Shown here: in pieces, positions 63,929 to 64,000 of the stretch
How the letters are laid out: every line of letters begins with the position of its first letter
Position numbering within the stretch: the first letter of the stretch is position 1
Assembly: GCA_045837725.1 (NCBI GenBank)
Contig: JBEWZL010000152.1
Coordinates: forward strand, 372,001-436,000
Reading direction: 5' to 3'
Source of the DNA: Vermamoeba vermiformis
Lineage: Eukaryota
DNA length: 64,000 bases
Notes under the pieces: model-generated
Database searches by the model: none
What the model was told of the DNA's origin: nothing
What the model saw: only the letters and a program-made list of their open reading frames with translations
Program-made: the position numbers and the translations under genes

Positions 63929-64000
63929 AAGAAGAAATTGCCTTATTTGTACAGTAACATAAATATCTGCAAACACCCTCACTTGGACGGTCGAGTGAGC

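Noticed and set aside
1-64000. Prokaryotic operon, CRISPR array, rRNA/tRNA or transposase
   Set aside because: Genes are spliceosomal-intron-containing eukaryotic genes. I saw no repeat-spacer array, RNA gene or transposase/RT motif by eye; tRNAscan/Infernal were not run.
1-64000. Alternative genetic code or selenocysteine read-through
   Set aside because: In the genes I traced, in-frame stops are explained by introns (or the noted frameshifts), and TAA, TAG and TGA all end genes normally.

Overview
Eukaryotic, gene-dense, intron-rich genomic DNA. Introns are mostly 40-260 nt GT-AG, and intergenic gaps are often under 300 bp. Gene content and style suggest a protist, plausibly an amoebozoan, but that is inference. 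I assembled about 25 spliced protein-coding genes by hand. Housekeeping genes are CstF-50, EMC1, SSU72, RPL27, a 3xRRM protein, phosducin-like, a CBS protein, AP-1 mu, ARL2, UBE2O, TAF6, UFD2/UBE4, Ataxin-2 and TMEM234. Unusual genes are: (1) an IFI44-like TLDc-TLDc-GTPase-Ubl gene with a +1 frameshift in exon 1, head-to-head with a two-domain AAA+ protein that has no Walker A, next to a giant helical protein ending in a GNAT domain (candidate defence island, 10-24 kb); (2) two tandem Rab1-like GTPases with no C-terminal prenylation cysteines but N-terminal myristoylation-type/polybasic leaders; (3) a multi-SIM + Zn-finger + PITH protein, a candidate SUMO-to-proteasome adaptor; (4) a UFD2 with an N-terminal transmembrane helix; (5) a PBZ + ADP-ribosyltransferase. 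At least five GC-AG introns and a long nested hairpin in RPL27 intron 1 are also visible. I recognised no rRNA, tRNA, CRISPR or intact mobile element. All exon structures and domain calls are by-eye predictions, with no database search or RNA evidence.
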